NCBI GenBank assembly: GCA_000165425.1
Contig: CT868130.1
Location: 1 to 64,000, forward strand
Reading direction: 5' to 3'
DNA length: 64,000 nt
DNA from: Paramecium tetraurelia
Lineage: Eukaryota
The notes beneath the pieces are model-generated. The model was not told the origin of the DNA, did no database searches, and saw nothing but the letters and a program-made list of their open reading frames with translations. Of this stretch, positions 28,271 through 42,252 are shown piece by piece. The position numbers were made by a program, and so were the translations under genes. The number at the start of each line of letters is the position of its first letter. Position 1 is the first letter of the stretch.

Positions 28271-29042
28271 ATGTATATTTATTAAAATGTTCTGAAATCT
28301 TAACTTGAAGAATTATAATATGTGAGAACTGAATACAAGGGTGAAAACACAGAACTTATTGCAAAGACTTTAGCAGAGGCTTATACGGTATCTTTGGTCA
28401 AATATTTAGAAAAAAAATGACTTATTTAAAGCATTGAATATAGAATATGCTTAGATGTATGAAGAATTTAGGTCTTTTTTAATAAAACATGCATATAAAT
28501 GGATTCTAGTTTACTATGAGAAATAATCATATGAGAAAAACATCTTTAACATAGTAGCAATAATTTCTTATACTGATATCAACGACCTAAAACCTAATGA
28601 ATAAGAATAACAAATATCAAATTATGATATTGTCCCACAAATCAGCAAAGTCAGACAATATATTCGACTTAAGGCTTTGAAGTACTTTTTTGATAGGTAT
28701 CATCCAAAGTATGGAGAATATTGTGTGACAGGAGCATTTGCATTTTCTGCCAAATTTATGGGGGCAAGACATTCTCTCAGAATATATGCTGATTCCATAG
28801 AGTTTATTCAATCCAAAGGATATAAATATGGTTTTGGATGGACAGCAAATGATATCGCTAAAAACTTATATGACAAGCTTCATCTTCTACTTAGAGAAGA
28901 ATAATCTTTAGAAAAGTTATATGTAGAAGAGACCAAAATCTATCCCTATAGCAACATAAAAATGATTCAAGTGCTATATATAGGTGACGTTGATTAATCT
29001 GTAATAAAATTAAGAAATATTTTGAGTAATAAATAAAATTGA
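28271..29042 (+). CDS. Divergent GNAT-fold acetyltransferase-like protein
   Basis: Continuous code-6 ORF with one 22-nt intron. AFAFSAKFMGARHSLRIYADSIEFIQSKGYKYGFGWTANDIAKNLYDKL fits the GNAT motif A/B spacing. The CDS is well supported; the family is inferred. Confidence 0.7.
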
Positions 29043-29145
29043 TTACTTATTGATTTATGAAATATATTTTATTTCCTAACAAATTATAATAATTCAAATA
29101 AAATCTATTTATTGTAAAATTAAATCATAGTAAGTATTATCAATA

Positions 29146-29466
29146 TCAGCTAAAGCCATAAGGCGTTAATCTTCAGAATTATTAATAATTTTGGGTGCTT
29201 CATGCTTTTTTATACTATTATCATAAATAGAATATACTGAATTTTCGGATCATTTTTGAATTCATAAAAACAAGAAAATATTGCTCTACATTATGGGCAT
29301 TAATGACTTTTTTGAGACCATTTATTAATACATGTAAAACAGAATAAATGGTTACATGAATCTAAGTGTACCTAAAATTATTAAATTATATTTATCATAC
29401 TTAGTTGGAAGCTAAGCTTAAGCAGATAACACACTTCACATCAGACTATTTGTTGGTTATATCCAT
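29146..29466 (-). CDS. Small C3HC4 RING-finger protein
   Basis: CVICLSLASNQ|VHLDSCNHLFCFTCINKWSQKSHQCPQCR. The 3' end is uncertain (possible second intron). Confidence 0.8.
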
Positions 29467-29593
29467 TAGATTATTATATATATTAATATGCTTTTGATAA
29501 TATGAAAATTATTTTTATAGAGAATTTTATGTATTATAAAAAAAGATTTGCAAATGCTTTTGATATTCTATTTTATGGATTGTAACAAAATAA

Positions 29594-31442
29594 TCAATCA
29601 TTATCTGAATCCCACATTTTTGGATCTAATTCATTACCACCATACTCATCTTCAAATGCCATATCACCTCCATCTTGTAACCTATTTTTGATACAAAAAA
29701 TACATGAGTTCTTATTCATTCAGATGCTCAATCCATAACTAATTATAATCGCTAAATTTGATTTCTTTGATTTTTTCACATAATTCCTAATCATACTCTC
29801 TTAGTATAGCTAAGACTTCTTCAGACATCTACTAAACTTTTTTGTTTTTATCATTTAATTATTATATTATCTAAATTAAGATTTCATCCCTCAAAATATC
29901 AATATTCTTACTATTCCAAGATTTATGATATTCCTATTTTATGAAACAGAAATTAGTTTAAACAATACAAATATTGTACAATAAATTCCTCATCATCTCC
30001 CTTTTCAGAATAAACTTAAGACAATGCATTTAGTATTCTACTCTTAAATAGTTTTTCAGCTGCATTCTATGTAGAGGCTATTGATGATACTAACATCATC
30101 GTTTCTAATACAATATCATCTTCAACCATTCCAACTGCTAAATTATTATGAAGAAACTCAACAAATGGTTCATTCAAGAGCTTTATCCAATTTTCTTATA
30201 AATCTAATGCACTCATTATCCCTATTATTTCAAACTTAATATCCTCTTCCTTCCCCTAAGTTACTAATAATTTCATAAAATGTCTCACAAATCCTTTTGC
30301 ACATGTCTAAACTTCTGGATTTGTAGAGTTTTCAATCACTCCTTTAACAAATCTAAATAACAAAGTGTCTTAATTTGTTATAGCTCTCTAAACTATTTAT
30401 TAAAATTCTTGCTCTGTAATATGATCAACATTTCTTGAGCTTGTTGATAAATTAACAGCCAAAGCAATTAATTCCTTTCCAATAACAGGTTCAGGGAAAT
30501 GAAGCATTAATTTTACAACCAAAGTCATGCATTCAGTAAAACCAAAAGTTAGTCTGATTTTATCATCTAAAGTAAGTAAATACAACAACACGATTGAAAC
30601 AAACCTATAATTTGGGATCTTCAGCATCTTAACAATATCTGGAATAAATCCATTCTGTTCAATCTACAAACGAGCTTCAGTGTCAAAACTTAAATTTTTA
30701 AGAACGCCTACGATATTCATAGCTATAAAATACCTAAACTTAGTTGTAACAATACATTATTATCAGCACTGAAGAATCTCTTTAATTTCTTAATACAATT
30801 CTCTTCAACCATTTACATTTTACATTCATTCACTATGCTCAATTTTTTTAAAAACAACAATGTAACTATTAATAAATAGAAATTATTTCTTTCCAACATT
30901 CTAAGTAAAAATGTTATGATTTTTCTTTTCCTCATCTTATTCTCTATAATCGGATCTTCAGCCATGTTCATTAAAATAGTAAATCCCACATAAAACAATT
31001 TTTCTTATTTTGCTATCATCAGATTTAATTTTCTTAACTCCTATAATTGCTAAGGCTAACCTTATTTTTCCATTAATTCTGCATATCTCAAATCAAATCT
31101 CTAGATTTATGATTCTATTATTTTCATAGTTATATCTCCTATCTGATGCTCAGATAAAATCTAATGAAATTCTAAATAATTTGACACTATGTAAAACACG
31201 CATAATAAATAGAGTGTGAGTTCTGTTGACTTTTTATGTTCATCTCTCAAAGTTCTAGAGATTGTTGATAAGAATTATTCTAAATTTGATGATTATAAAT
31301 AAATACCATGAGAGATCAATAATTCTAAATTTTCTTATCGAGCAGCCAACCCAAGGATTTTCTTTGCTGCTTCCTTTTTAGGCTCTATTTTTTCATCATA
31401 AAATGCTTCCAACAATTTCTCAAGCAAATCTTCAGAATCCAT
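29594..31442 (-). CDS. KIFAP3: Kinesin-associated protein 3 (non-motor subunit of kinesin-2, ARM repeats)
   Basis: ILMNMAEDPIIENKMRKRKIITFLLRMLERNNFYLLIVTLLFLKKLSI and LKNLSFD match KAP3. Several short introns. Confidence 0.92.
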
Positions 31443-32292
31443 TTATTTATTTAAATTATATCAATAATTGTTTAAATGAATATTCACATCATGTGGTATT
31501 TTTACTCTCATTTAGATTTCTGATTACCTTTGATTTCTTTCTCCTACAAATATTTTATTTTTGAATCAAATTATACTCTGAATTACACTAATTACAAAGA
31601 TACTAAAGAAATTAATTCTTTGCTAACTATTCAGTCTTTATTTAATAATTACTAATCATATCTGATTTTATTAATTTATATCGAATTGCATTCAATTATA
31701 TATTTCAATTTTTTGCCAAATATTCTTTATACAATTGAGACTAATTCCATTTATTATCAAACAACAATTTTGCAACAAAATATAGCTAGAATTGCCTCAT
31801 CTAATGCATTTTATAAAATGATGTTAGAACTGCTACATAAACAATTAAAAAGAAATTCACTTCAAATATATTAATTATTAAAATGATTATTATCATTCTA
31901 TTTGGGCAAACCTCAAATTAAAATTTGATAATACCATAAATAGAAATAATCATTTTACAAAACCCATTCTAATTTTAAATTTATTAGTAACTTAAAATAT
32001 CGCAGGTAAGAGGTATAATGGCTTTGAAACTATATTAGATTTCCTTTATCAACTCATTTCTGTATTTGATGCGAAGATTTATCAAATAGACCCCAACAAC
32101 AAACAATTTTATTTTTTAAAATGCTCTTTCAAAAATAAATTTTATTAATTATTTACATATCTGTTCATTTATATATTATAATATTACCTTAGTTTTTTAC
32201 TGCTAGGATATTATTCATATAAAAATCGAAGTCACTCCCCTAGAAATAGCTCATAAATTTATTATAGTAAGGTTAAAAATTAATATTTATAA

Positions 32293-32641
32293 TCATTTTA
32301 TTACTTTTTTAGTTTTCGCTTGATCATTATATTTCTAAGAATGTTCTAATTTGTGCAAAACTGAAGAATTGCCTTATTTTTTTGTCTGAAACTTTGTCTT
32401 CATACATTAAGGACTCTTTGTAATTGTTTGGGCCTCTTCCTAGTATTCCTCTTTAATGATCAATTAGTCATTTTAATTTGCACTTTAATTTGCAAATCGA
32501 AGTTATTAACTAGTGTTGCTTTATATATTTAACTAAAACTATAAAAGTTAAGGAATGTAGAACTGTTTAAGTAATTATCTCAATATAATTTAATTCTTAC
32601 TGTAAAGTTGAACTCAATTACAATTAATTGCTGATCTGCAT
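32293..32641 (-). CDS. Small Gln-rich hypothetical protein
   Basis: ATG..TGA in frame after removing a 22-nt GTAAG..GAG intron. 108 aa. Confidence 0.5.
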
Positions 32642-33179
32642 GTTTCTTTTTAATCTAAATAACAAATAATTTTATAAATTAATATAATGAATTTTTTTCT
32701 CCAAAATTTATGAATTATGAATTTAATATATCTTTTATATTAAAAAATTGAAGATATCATAAAATTAATAAATTAATACCTTTTTACAACAATCCATCAT
32801 CAAAATAAAATAACCAAAGTCTAAAATTAACTAATGTGTTTTTCTATTTGGAAAATTGTATTAAAAAATATATTGATTATTTAAGGAATATGAACTCTTA
32901 AATTCCTATTGCCTTAAATATCCGACAAACAATATTAATGATTTAATAATAGTAAATTATTCGTATTTTGTAATTATAAAGGAGTTAAAAGGGAGATTTT
33001 TTCATTAATTTGTTATTTAAAATTATTATCAATTGTAAAAATAAATTCAAAAGTAAAATATAATTAGTACATCTGCTAATTATAGAGACAGTTCAAACCA
33101 TAAAATAAAATATGAATTCAAGGGAACCTTTGGTGTTATATAATATTTTTAACTTCAAATTAATATTAATTTTTAATTA

Positions 33180-34893
33180 ATGCAGACTAGATCAAACTTT
33201 AGATGGAAAACCCCATCAAGATTACAGATCAAAACACCAACACAGCAACAAATTGTTGCGTTATCTTAAATGATGATAAGAGCAGAGTCTACTAAAAGAA
33301 GACCAGTCAAAGTCAAGCATTTTGAAAAAGAATAGATAACTAATAATGTTGAATCCTAATAGTAATTACATTCGATTCCTATAATATAAGAAAACTTAAA
33401 TAAAGAGTATTTAAGAGTTATTTTTTAGAATGCTAGTATTAAAGAATAATTAAATATCATCTATGAAAGGTTTGTTAGAATACAAAAATTTAAATTATAT
33501 TGATTTATCAGCTAACTAAATAAAGGAAATAACAGAGATTAACCAATTAAATATTAAGGTTCTAATGATATCCTATAATAAATTAAAAGAAATAAAGAAT
33601 TTACCACTTTGCTTAAAAATTCTAGATGCCAAGATTAATATGATAGAAAGAGTAGATCTTTAGAATCTATACAATTTAAAAGTTCTCAATTTATAAAAGA
33701 ATAACATAACTTCGGTTAATTTATACGGCTTATACAATTTGTAAAAGGTGTATTTGGATGAAAATAAGGTATGTATTTAACAGATTTAGATTACCTACTT
33801 CACAGATATCCCTTACCTAGAGTAATTACAAATACTGTCTTTATAGAATAATTAAATAATCAAAATCTTTGAGCCATCATAATTAGCCAAAATACCAAAA
33901 ATTAGATAAATTCATGTCTAAGGCAACCCTTTTTCAAGATTTATTCAATATGAAAATTATTTCGAATATCTAAATGATTTGAACGGTTAGGTACAACCAG
34001 CAAAACTTAGATGCAAGTCTGTCGAAACTTAGAAAAGCTTAAAGCTAGATACGTCAGATGCATTGATAGCAAAAGAATAAAAATTAAACATTATTGATTT
34101 TAGTGAATAGACACCTTTTCCATCAACGTCTTAAGCCAAATAAGGCTACACTTTTAATTAATAGTTAATTTAAAAGATAATCAAGAAAAATTCAGGCGAA
34201 TACAGCAATAATTATAGAACTGAAATCAGTTAATAAGGGAAAAGGGAGAGGTATATTAACTAATTTTCTGTTAAATAAGCCTAAATAAATTTTGTTCCTG
34301 ATTTTTCTTTTATAAAAAAGATAAATAAAAAGACAAAATCAGATTTATTTAATTACAATGAAATAGAAAAAATTCGCGAAATCAAAAAGTAATTTACCCA
34401 TAAAGAATCTATTGAAATCTGTGTAAGCAAGTATTTCATACTTTCAAAATGTCTAATCGTCTATGGAAATCCTAAAAATATTGATTAAATTGAGGTTGAT
34501 AGTTTGGTTTTAAAATATTATGAATTGGAAAATTTAGAAAATTGTAATCTCTTTAATTTTAATAAAATCACTAAATTGACATTGCAACATAATCGGATTT
34601 GTCATCTACATGAAATAAATCAATTACTGAATTATTTCCAAAAGATTGATATTCTATAGATTGAAAAAAATGAAATTAATAACTCGACACTATTGAAACC
34701 ATATGTGAATTATCTTTTTTCTCTTGATGACAGAGATAAAAGAAGTTTCCAAAAGCTCTCTGATATGAAATCGAACGTTTAAGAAAGTATAGAAATTGAA
34801 GATAACGTGTTACCAAAAATTAATATAAATTAGTTTGATTATTACTTTAACTCATATATTTTATCAGTTATTGATTAAATAAATACGTAATGA
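33180..34893 (+). CDS. Leucine-rich repeat protein (SDS22-like LRRs, two clusters; LRRC49-like layout)
   Basis: LxxLxLxxNxI repeats (NLNYIDLSANQIKEI, NLKVLNLQKNNITSV, QLQILSLQNNQIIKI, GNPF) and a second cluster LTLQHNRICHL. 2 introns. Confidence 0.88.
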
Positions 34894-35111
34894 TCATTAT
34901 TTTAATATATTTATTATATCTAATCATAGTTAAATATGAAATTCCTAGATGTAAACTCTTGTTTCTTATCATTTCTTAGTAGAGAACAAAAAAATATAGA
35001 AGATTGTGTATTTTAGAGAGATAGTTTGAGTATATTTACATAAAATGATTAGGATATAAATTGCTTTAATTAAAAACATAATCTAAAATTTCAGACTCAA
35101 TATTGTTGAAC

Positions 35112-35812
35112 TCAGCATTAACATTTATCTTAAGTAATTGCTTCATTAGGGGTTTCAGTTTTGTTTGGAAGCAGAACACCACAATTTTTATTAGTCAAAT
35201 CAATCTGGTTTTCTGAAATCAATTTTAATATGGATTGAGATAACAATTATAAAGTTTCTTCTATATTTTTACCATTTAAAGCAGAAGTTTCAATGTATTG
35301 GCTTCCTATCTTTTTTGCTAATTATTGTCCCTCCTCAGTAGTTACTTCCCTTAATATTGAAATAGTTTACCTTTTGTTCATTAGATCTGACTTATTTGCA
35401 ATTAATATTATTTTTATTTTCTCGTTTGCATATTAATTGATTTCTTATTGCCAACTCTTTATATTTTCAAAAGATTCTCTGTTCTTCATATCGAATACTA
35501 ACATTATGCCAATTGCTCTATATTTTTGTTAAATTTCTTACCCTCTATAATAAGATCTTGTTATAGATCTGAAATTTTCTTATCCAGCAGTATCCCAAAT
35601 CCGTGCCTTTATTATCTTCCCCTATACTTTCAATATTTTAGTAGCAATATCAACACCCAACGTAACTTCATGGTTATCTTTAAAAGTGTTTCCATTTATT
35701 CTACTGAGAATGCATGATTTCCCAACGGCTATTGCTAATTTGCTTAATTACATGAATCTCCTATTATTACAAACTTGAACATGTAGTCAAAGTCTAAAGA
35801 TTATTCTGTCAT
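35112..35812 (-). CDS. Rab GTPase (Rab2/4/14-like)
   Basis: FKFVIIGDSSVGKS, WDTAGQENFRSITRSYYRG, NKSD, ETSA, C-terminal CQC*. 3 introns. Confidence 0.95.
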
Positions 35813-35904
35813 ATTTATATTAAAATATTTGATGAAATCGATTATGAATAATTTTTCTTCTAAATATTTCAAATAATTACACAATAAAAATTAATAACAG
35901 CTTT

Positions 35905-36324
35905 ATGAGATTATCATAACAACCTACCATAAGCTAATAAACCTTTAGTTTTGGTCCAGCCAACTCATTCATTTAAAGGGCATAATAAACTTAGCCAATC
36001 ATTCGAGTAAATTAACCGTGTTTCCGAGTCTATACTTAACCTATGCAAAATAAGAGATAATCTAAGAGCCCCTTCAAAAGAGGATATGATACTTAGGAAG
36101 AAAACAGAACTTTGAAAATGTACATATAATAAATGGAGCAAACATTGGCAAATCTCCAGCAGAAGTATTTCTTTATGAATAAATTTAGCAATAAAAGACT
36201 CTTGCTCTAATAATAATTAAAAGAAAATTCTCATTAAAGAGATGAAATTCAGAAACTTAAAACCGAAATATCCACTGAACTTGCAGAAAGAGCATATCTA
36301 GAAAAGGTTTGTTAGAAATTATGA
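35905..36324 (+). CDS. Hypothetical coiled-coil protein
   Basis: Gln-rich code-6 ORF with one intron. The 3' end is uncertain. Confidence 0.55.
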
Positions 36325-36521
36325 TTGAGGTTTAATATGATTTGATGACGACTTAAAAAAAACTTATTTAGATTTATTTATCATTTTAAATTTTTCATAT
36401 CAATAATCACTCATAAAATTTGATGTCTCATTAAATGTGTTGTATCTAGGATATCAATAAATTTGGGACCAATTTTCACAGTTATGGAAAAACACAAAGA
36501 AAGAAAAATATTAATTTATGC

Positions 36522-37831
36522 TCAAATTTATAATTCATAAACCTCACATTCTTCAATGTTTGGAGTATCTCCTCCAAATAAATGGGAACTCCTTTTGTTT
36601 TCAAATTTATCCCATTCATATGACGAACCTAAATAAGATTATCCATTAATAAAGTCGTTACAAATTCCTATATTTCCACTCATTCCAATCCAAACAGCAT
36701 AGCTAATCGGTTAACACAGAATAGCATGTTATCTTTCAGATTATTTTAAAGGATAAATCTCATTGTGAGTGTAAGAAAAAATAAATGAACTCAAAGATTC
36801 ATCAGATTACCAATTGTTTAAATCTTGTTTAACTTTGCAAGAAACATATGACCCAAAAACATAATTTCCAGGGTTTTTTGATTTAAAAATATATATTAAA
36901 TGCTCTTTTCCATCAATTTTGTTCCACAAAGATTAACCATTAAGCCCATCTCTCGATCCCAAATATATGACTTTTATTTATTTGATATCTTAATTTAATT
37001 TGTTTTTAATCAGTCCTATTAAATATTTTGAGTAACTGTTAGGAATTATTGCAGAATTCATTTGATTCACAAAATTTAAAGATTTGCCAATCTATGAATG
37101 TAAATCATCTGTTGATTTAATCATATACTAAAAAGAATTTTAAAACTCTTAAACATCAGGCAGATTAATACTATATAAATAATGCAGAAATACTTTTCTT
37201 AATATTTTAGATACTCTTATTTTATTCTTTTTAATGATTCATTTAATTGTTTTGCATTGTTTTTATCCAAACTTTCGAAATGCTGAGTAATTTTATGTGA
37301 TATCTAATCTAAAACATCATTTTGAAGTTTTTCATTAGCAGTTCCAAATTCCTTAATAAGATTTTAGAATTCTTCAAATTTTATTTCCTAAGTTAATTTA
37401 TTCTTACATGTGAAAGCTATTACATTGTGTTTTTATAGTTGGCTATAAGTTCTTCCACGAATCCTTTTTGTTAAAGGATGATGTTGTCTATCTGTTTTTG
37501 GAAATTCCTCATATTGTTTTCCCAATTTTAGAAAGCTTACGTTATTATAGACACTGTCTTCTTATGAAAACGACTATAAAACTATAGAGTTTAATCATCT
37601 ATATTAGAAATCTATGATAATAACTTTTAGGGTCTCTATTATATCTAAAACCTTAATGGTTGATCTTACATCATGCAATAACAAAATATTTTTGAATATA
37701 TTTACACTCTAATTTTCATCTTGCAATTCTGAAATACACTCGACACAACCAAATTTAATATTTTTCTGCTAAAAGAAAATGTATTAAACTAAAAATTCTT
37801 AGTGTTATTAACAACGAATTGATGTTTCCAT
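36522..37831 (-). CDS. TLDc-domain protein with N-terminal Cys/His motif and coiled coil
   Basis: IYLGSRDGLNGQSLWNKIDGK, YVFGSY, SFIFS, ECEVYEL. N-terminus CQQH...GCVEC. Confidence 0.88.
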
Positions 37832-38171
37832 TTTACTTTATTAAATAATTAAATGTAATGATAAAGATATAACAATTATATTTAAACAATAATTATCTTT
37901 AACCTAATTGTTCAAAATAACTATTATTAATTATTAATTATATATATTTTAATATAGACAAAATATATATCTAAGTAGTGTTAAAGCACAAATAAAATGG
38001 AAATAATATAGGTATTGAAATGAAAATTTTTATTAAAATTGATGCGACTGGAATGATAATTCTTGATATCTAAAGAAAATAAACTAAGCCTATAATTATT
38101 TACTCGAATGAGGATTAAGAGTGATTAACTAAGGAATATATCAGAATTATTTTATTATTAACTAGATCAAT

Positions 38172-39830
38172 TCAATTCTAGTCAAATTTTACACTTTTGT
38201 TATCTTCTTAAATTATTTGATTATCTTCTGATACATCTATTGTATCCTTTTATGTCAAAGTTAATTTTGATTCAGTTTAAGCTATCTCTGTTCCACTATA
38301 CTATATAAGCAAAGATGTTGCGTTTCCAAAACTTATCCTATCACCATGAGATAATTTTGTCAATTCTTTTACTTGATGATTATTGATAAAAATTTATTCA
38401 CAGGATTCCTAAGAAAGTGGCTACAATTCAATAATTCCGTCTTTGGTTGAAATAATGGCTTAGTACTTTATATTTGTATCACTTTGTATCGCCTCAGAAT
38501 TATCAAATTGTTAAAAATATTATGTATTTTGATTTGACTCTTACTCTTCTGTATTTTCTATCTATTATTTGATACTGCTTTAAATTATTTTTGTTTATGT
38601 TTAAATTTATGCTTCATTTACCTCTAGAATTTGTTGGTTCTCAGATACCTTAATATTATTGATAATATTTTTCTTAATCTTCATAATTTTATTTGCAAAC
38701 TTAAGGCTAGACAATGTTTGTTGAATTTTATCAATGGCTGGACTAATCGATAAAAATAGAAAAATATTAGATTTTTAATTCAATGTATTTTGTAAAAATC
38801 TGGTTAATTTAGAGCATCTGTAAGGGACAAAAATCTTTTAATCTTGTGGTTGGGAAAGTAATAATACTTTACAAATAACCTCTCCCAGCGTTGATAATTA
38901 TGTGCCGATATTTTTATCTAATAAAGATTAATTCAAATACTAGAATCCTTTTATTTCTCCATTCTATCTGAACAGACAAGATCTACAAAATTTATGAGAT
39001 AGAAATTCTCTACTTTTTAATCACCCAAGGTTTTGGTTTCCTTAATTTCTATTTTGAAGATTATATTTGCGTATGAAAGACTACAAATTAATAAATAAGA
39101 TAGTTTACACATAACTCATCTTAAATAAATATTTCTCTGCTTTATGAATTCCTTTATTCATAAGTACATCAAAACTTTTAGGTGAATCAACCAATTCTTT
39201 AGTTAAGTTTTCGACGAAAACACCTTAAAGTTCATTTTCTCTTATTTTTAGCTCCGAGGTATCAGTTGGAGAGAGCTAGTCATATATTTTTTCATTGAAG
39301 ATAAAGAGCATACTGGTGTAAACTTCATACTCTATTCAATAATAATAAGGTAGTCATTACTAGTTGTAATATTTTATTTTTCCGCTATTTATTGAAAAAT
39401 TTCTTTTACAAAATTTTAAATCAATCCTTAATTTTCAGGAGTCCCTGATAACGTATAAGACCTGCCAGACTTATTAAATTAGTATGAATAAATACTCGCT
39501 TATATCCAAAAGATAAAACGCAACAATTCTACCCTTAAAAAAGTTGAGGTATTGTATCTTAATGAACAGTATTGAATATCATTTTTTAATCAGCATATCT
39601 TGAGTTTGGAAGAGGCCTACGATAACCTTTCTCGTCAACTTCAAATTCATCATGAGACCAAAAGGAATAATCAAAATCAAATTCTTTTGTTTGAGTGGAA
39701 TCTCAAATGAAGAGTAATCATTACCAAAATGTATGGTCTTACTTCCATTCATAGCAATACACAACGGTTGATTTTACTGAATTTCAAGATTGTTGAATGG
39801 TCTGACTCTAACAGCGACTTTGACAGACAT
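38172..39830 (-). CDS. Kinesin-3-like protein with degenerate nucleotide-binding motifs and an FHA-like remnant
   Basis: SVKVAVRVRPFN, FDFDYSFWSHD, YADQ, VPYRCSKLTRFLQ, ISPA, SLKFA. C-terminal LSHGDRISFG. 4 introns. Confidence 0.9.
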
Positions 39831-39885
39831 ATCGAATAAAATATAGAATTTATAAATATAATAGTAGTAGTCATGCTAAAGTCAA

Positions 39886-41198
39886 TCATCTTAAATCGAT
39901 AGTTTCTGCTCTAGTAATCCCATGATTATTTTTGGCATTGGATGACGGAAACACACTCCAAAAACGAAGGCTTTCATCCCCTGCTCCAGTAACAATATTT
40001 TATCCACAAGGCGAACCACTTAAATACAAGACTCTTTGAGTGTGACCAGTTAGAGTAGCAACCTTTGACATATTAGCATAGTTCCAAACAATAATTTAAT
40101 TTAGGGAATAACCATGAGTTGAAACTAATTCATTTGAGTTTTTAGAAAACATTAAATTACAAACTTGAGAACCAGTATCAATGCATTCTACTTATTCAAT
40201 AGTTTGAGTATTAAAGAATCTAATGCATCTGTCAGCAGTACCACCACCAGAGGCAACAATATTGTGTTGATGGGGAGACCAACCAATAGCTTTAACTGCA
40301 GCTTGATGTTGTGAGAAATGAGTTAATTCTCCTTGATTCTTCAAGGACCAAATAAATAACTTATTATCGTTTCCTCCTGATGCCAAGAGTTGTTCATCAA
40401 AGGACCATTTCAATCCACAAATTTCTTATTTGTGTCCAACATACTTTTGAATGGATTCATTAGGACATCTAACATCTCTAACTAATATGTTTCTATCCCT
40501 ACTTCCAGTGGCTAATAAATAATTATTCCAAGCCAAAGATCCTATTCTACCTTAATGTCCATTCCATTTTCTAATAACTTTCTATTTTACTACATCCCAA
40601 ACATCAACATCACCCATAGTGTTTCCTACAGAGAGATGTTGATTGCGTTGAGACCATGCTACACTACATACCATATCAGGATCTTCAAGTGTACAAAGAC
40701 GAGACACCTTTGAGGTATGTCCTGACCAAATCAGAACTGAATTTTCAAGTCCTACTGCCAATGCATTAAATGGTGACCAATCTAATAGATTCAGGTAAAA
40801 ATCATCTTATAGGTTTTCAGCCTCCAACACTTTATAAGGTCTTTTATTAATATTGCGAGGGGGCTTTTCAGGTTCAACCTTAGTTGGAGTATTAGAGAAG
40901 TTTAATCCATTATTAATAATCTTATTCATTTCATTTTGTTTATTTTCTGTTTTGTAATTAAAGAGTTTTTAGTTTATGGCTGGTGATTTTCCCAATATAG
41001 AGGATTAAAGAAGGTTGTTGTAGGTGTTGCCTTGACAATTTTCTTCGCTCATGAATAATTGATAGAGGTTGGATTGAACATTACGTGGGATGAACTTTAT
41101 ATATTGTTATCAATTTATACACGATCACTTTTGTCTTTGGGACTGGTCCAAGATTGCTTGTTGAGATCAATCTCTTTGATGGGTGTTTAATCATTCAT
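39886..41198 (-). CDS. FZR1: APC/C co-activator Cdh1/Fizzy-related (Cdc20 family WD40)
   Basis: C-box DR|FIPR, DDFYLNLLDWS, ASGGNDN, ASGGGTADRCIRF, GAGDESLRFW, C-terminal LR* tail. Confidence 0.93.
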
Positions 41199-41343
41199 TG
41201 GAAAACAAATGTTTGGTTATTTTTTAATAAAATTTATCTGTTATTTGATTATATTAATAAAATATATTTTCCTTTGATTATTTTCACTAGAAATACGAAT
41301 TGTATTAATAAATTTATACACTTCAAGTATATTAAAGACATAA

Positions 41344-42213
41344 ATGATGAACGAGATTAGCATTGTGTCACTCAGTCAACTCCTTAACAACATCCACCTA
41401 TCGCAATCACATATAGACGAAGCTGCCCGTTTCTACATTAGACACAGTCACGATTAGAAGTCTTAGTAATCTCTATGTGAAGAGTGGTGCAATCATTTCC
41501 ATTTTGCTAAAGGAAATGTTGATGGCGATAAGGTCATTATCTCATTACTTCATATGGCATAACGAGTTATTGAATCCGTCATCAGATTTGAGGGAGCATG
41601 TACATCCATAATTTTTATTTATTAGATGCTACTATGAGGGATGCTTTCAAGAAACAAATCATCAAAGCATTTGCTTTACTGAAAGACCACAACTCTTCAT
41701 AGGATTTGAAATAATAAATCAAGGATCTTCTAAAATAGTGGGAAGAAAAATAAATATTCTCCAAATCAGATATTTCAATTATGATCGATACTATTGATCC
41801 TAATAAATTAAGCAAAGACAAAATCAGAACTTAATTCGCTCCTCCTCAATATTTGATAAATTACGCCAAAAATTATAAGGTACGATTTAAATCACATCTA
41901 ATCTCTATAGGATTTACAAACTCGATTATAAAAGATGAATGAGTATTAAGCCAATCTTGATGATTTAATTAATAGCGGAGCCTAAGACAAAGTCAATCTT
42001 TATGATCAATATTTGGATTAATATACTAAGTCTGTTGAAAGTGTTTAAAAATATAGATAGCTTGTCATTAAGGATATTATAGACGAATTGAAAGAACTTG
42101 ACAAAATACATTCCAAAAGCATTATTGATTTGAAGTATATTGCATAAAGAGTCTCCAATTTGAAAGCAAAGAAAGAAAAAAGAATCTAAAATGAATATTA
42201 TAATGATTAATGA
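41344..42213 (+). CDS. CID (RNA Pol II CTD-interacting domain)-like protein, RPRD/Rtt103 type
   Basis: LSQSHIDEAARF...EEW...LLHMAQRVIE...LLKQWEEKQIFS pattern followed by a coiled coil. 2 introns. Confidence 0.72.
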
Positions 42214-42252
42214 TAACATATAAATTCCAAACAAATTAATTTAAATTTAAAT

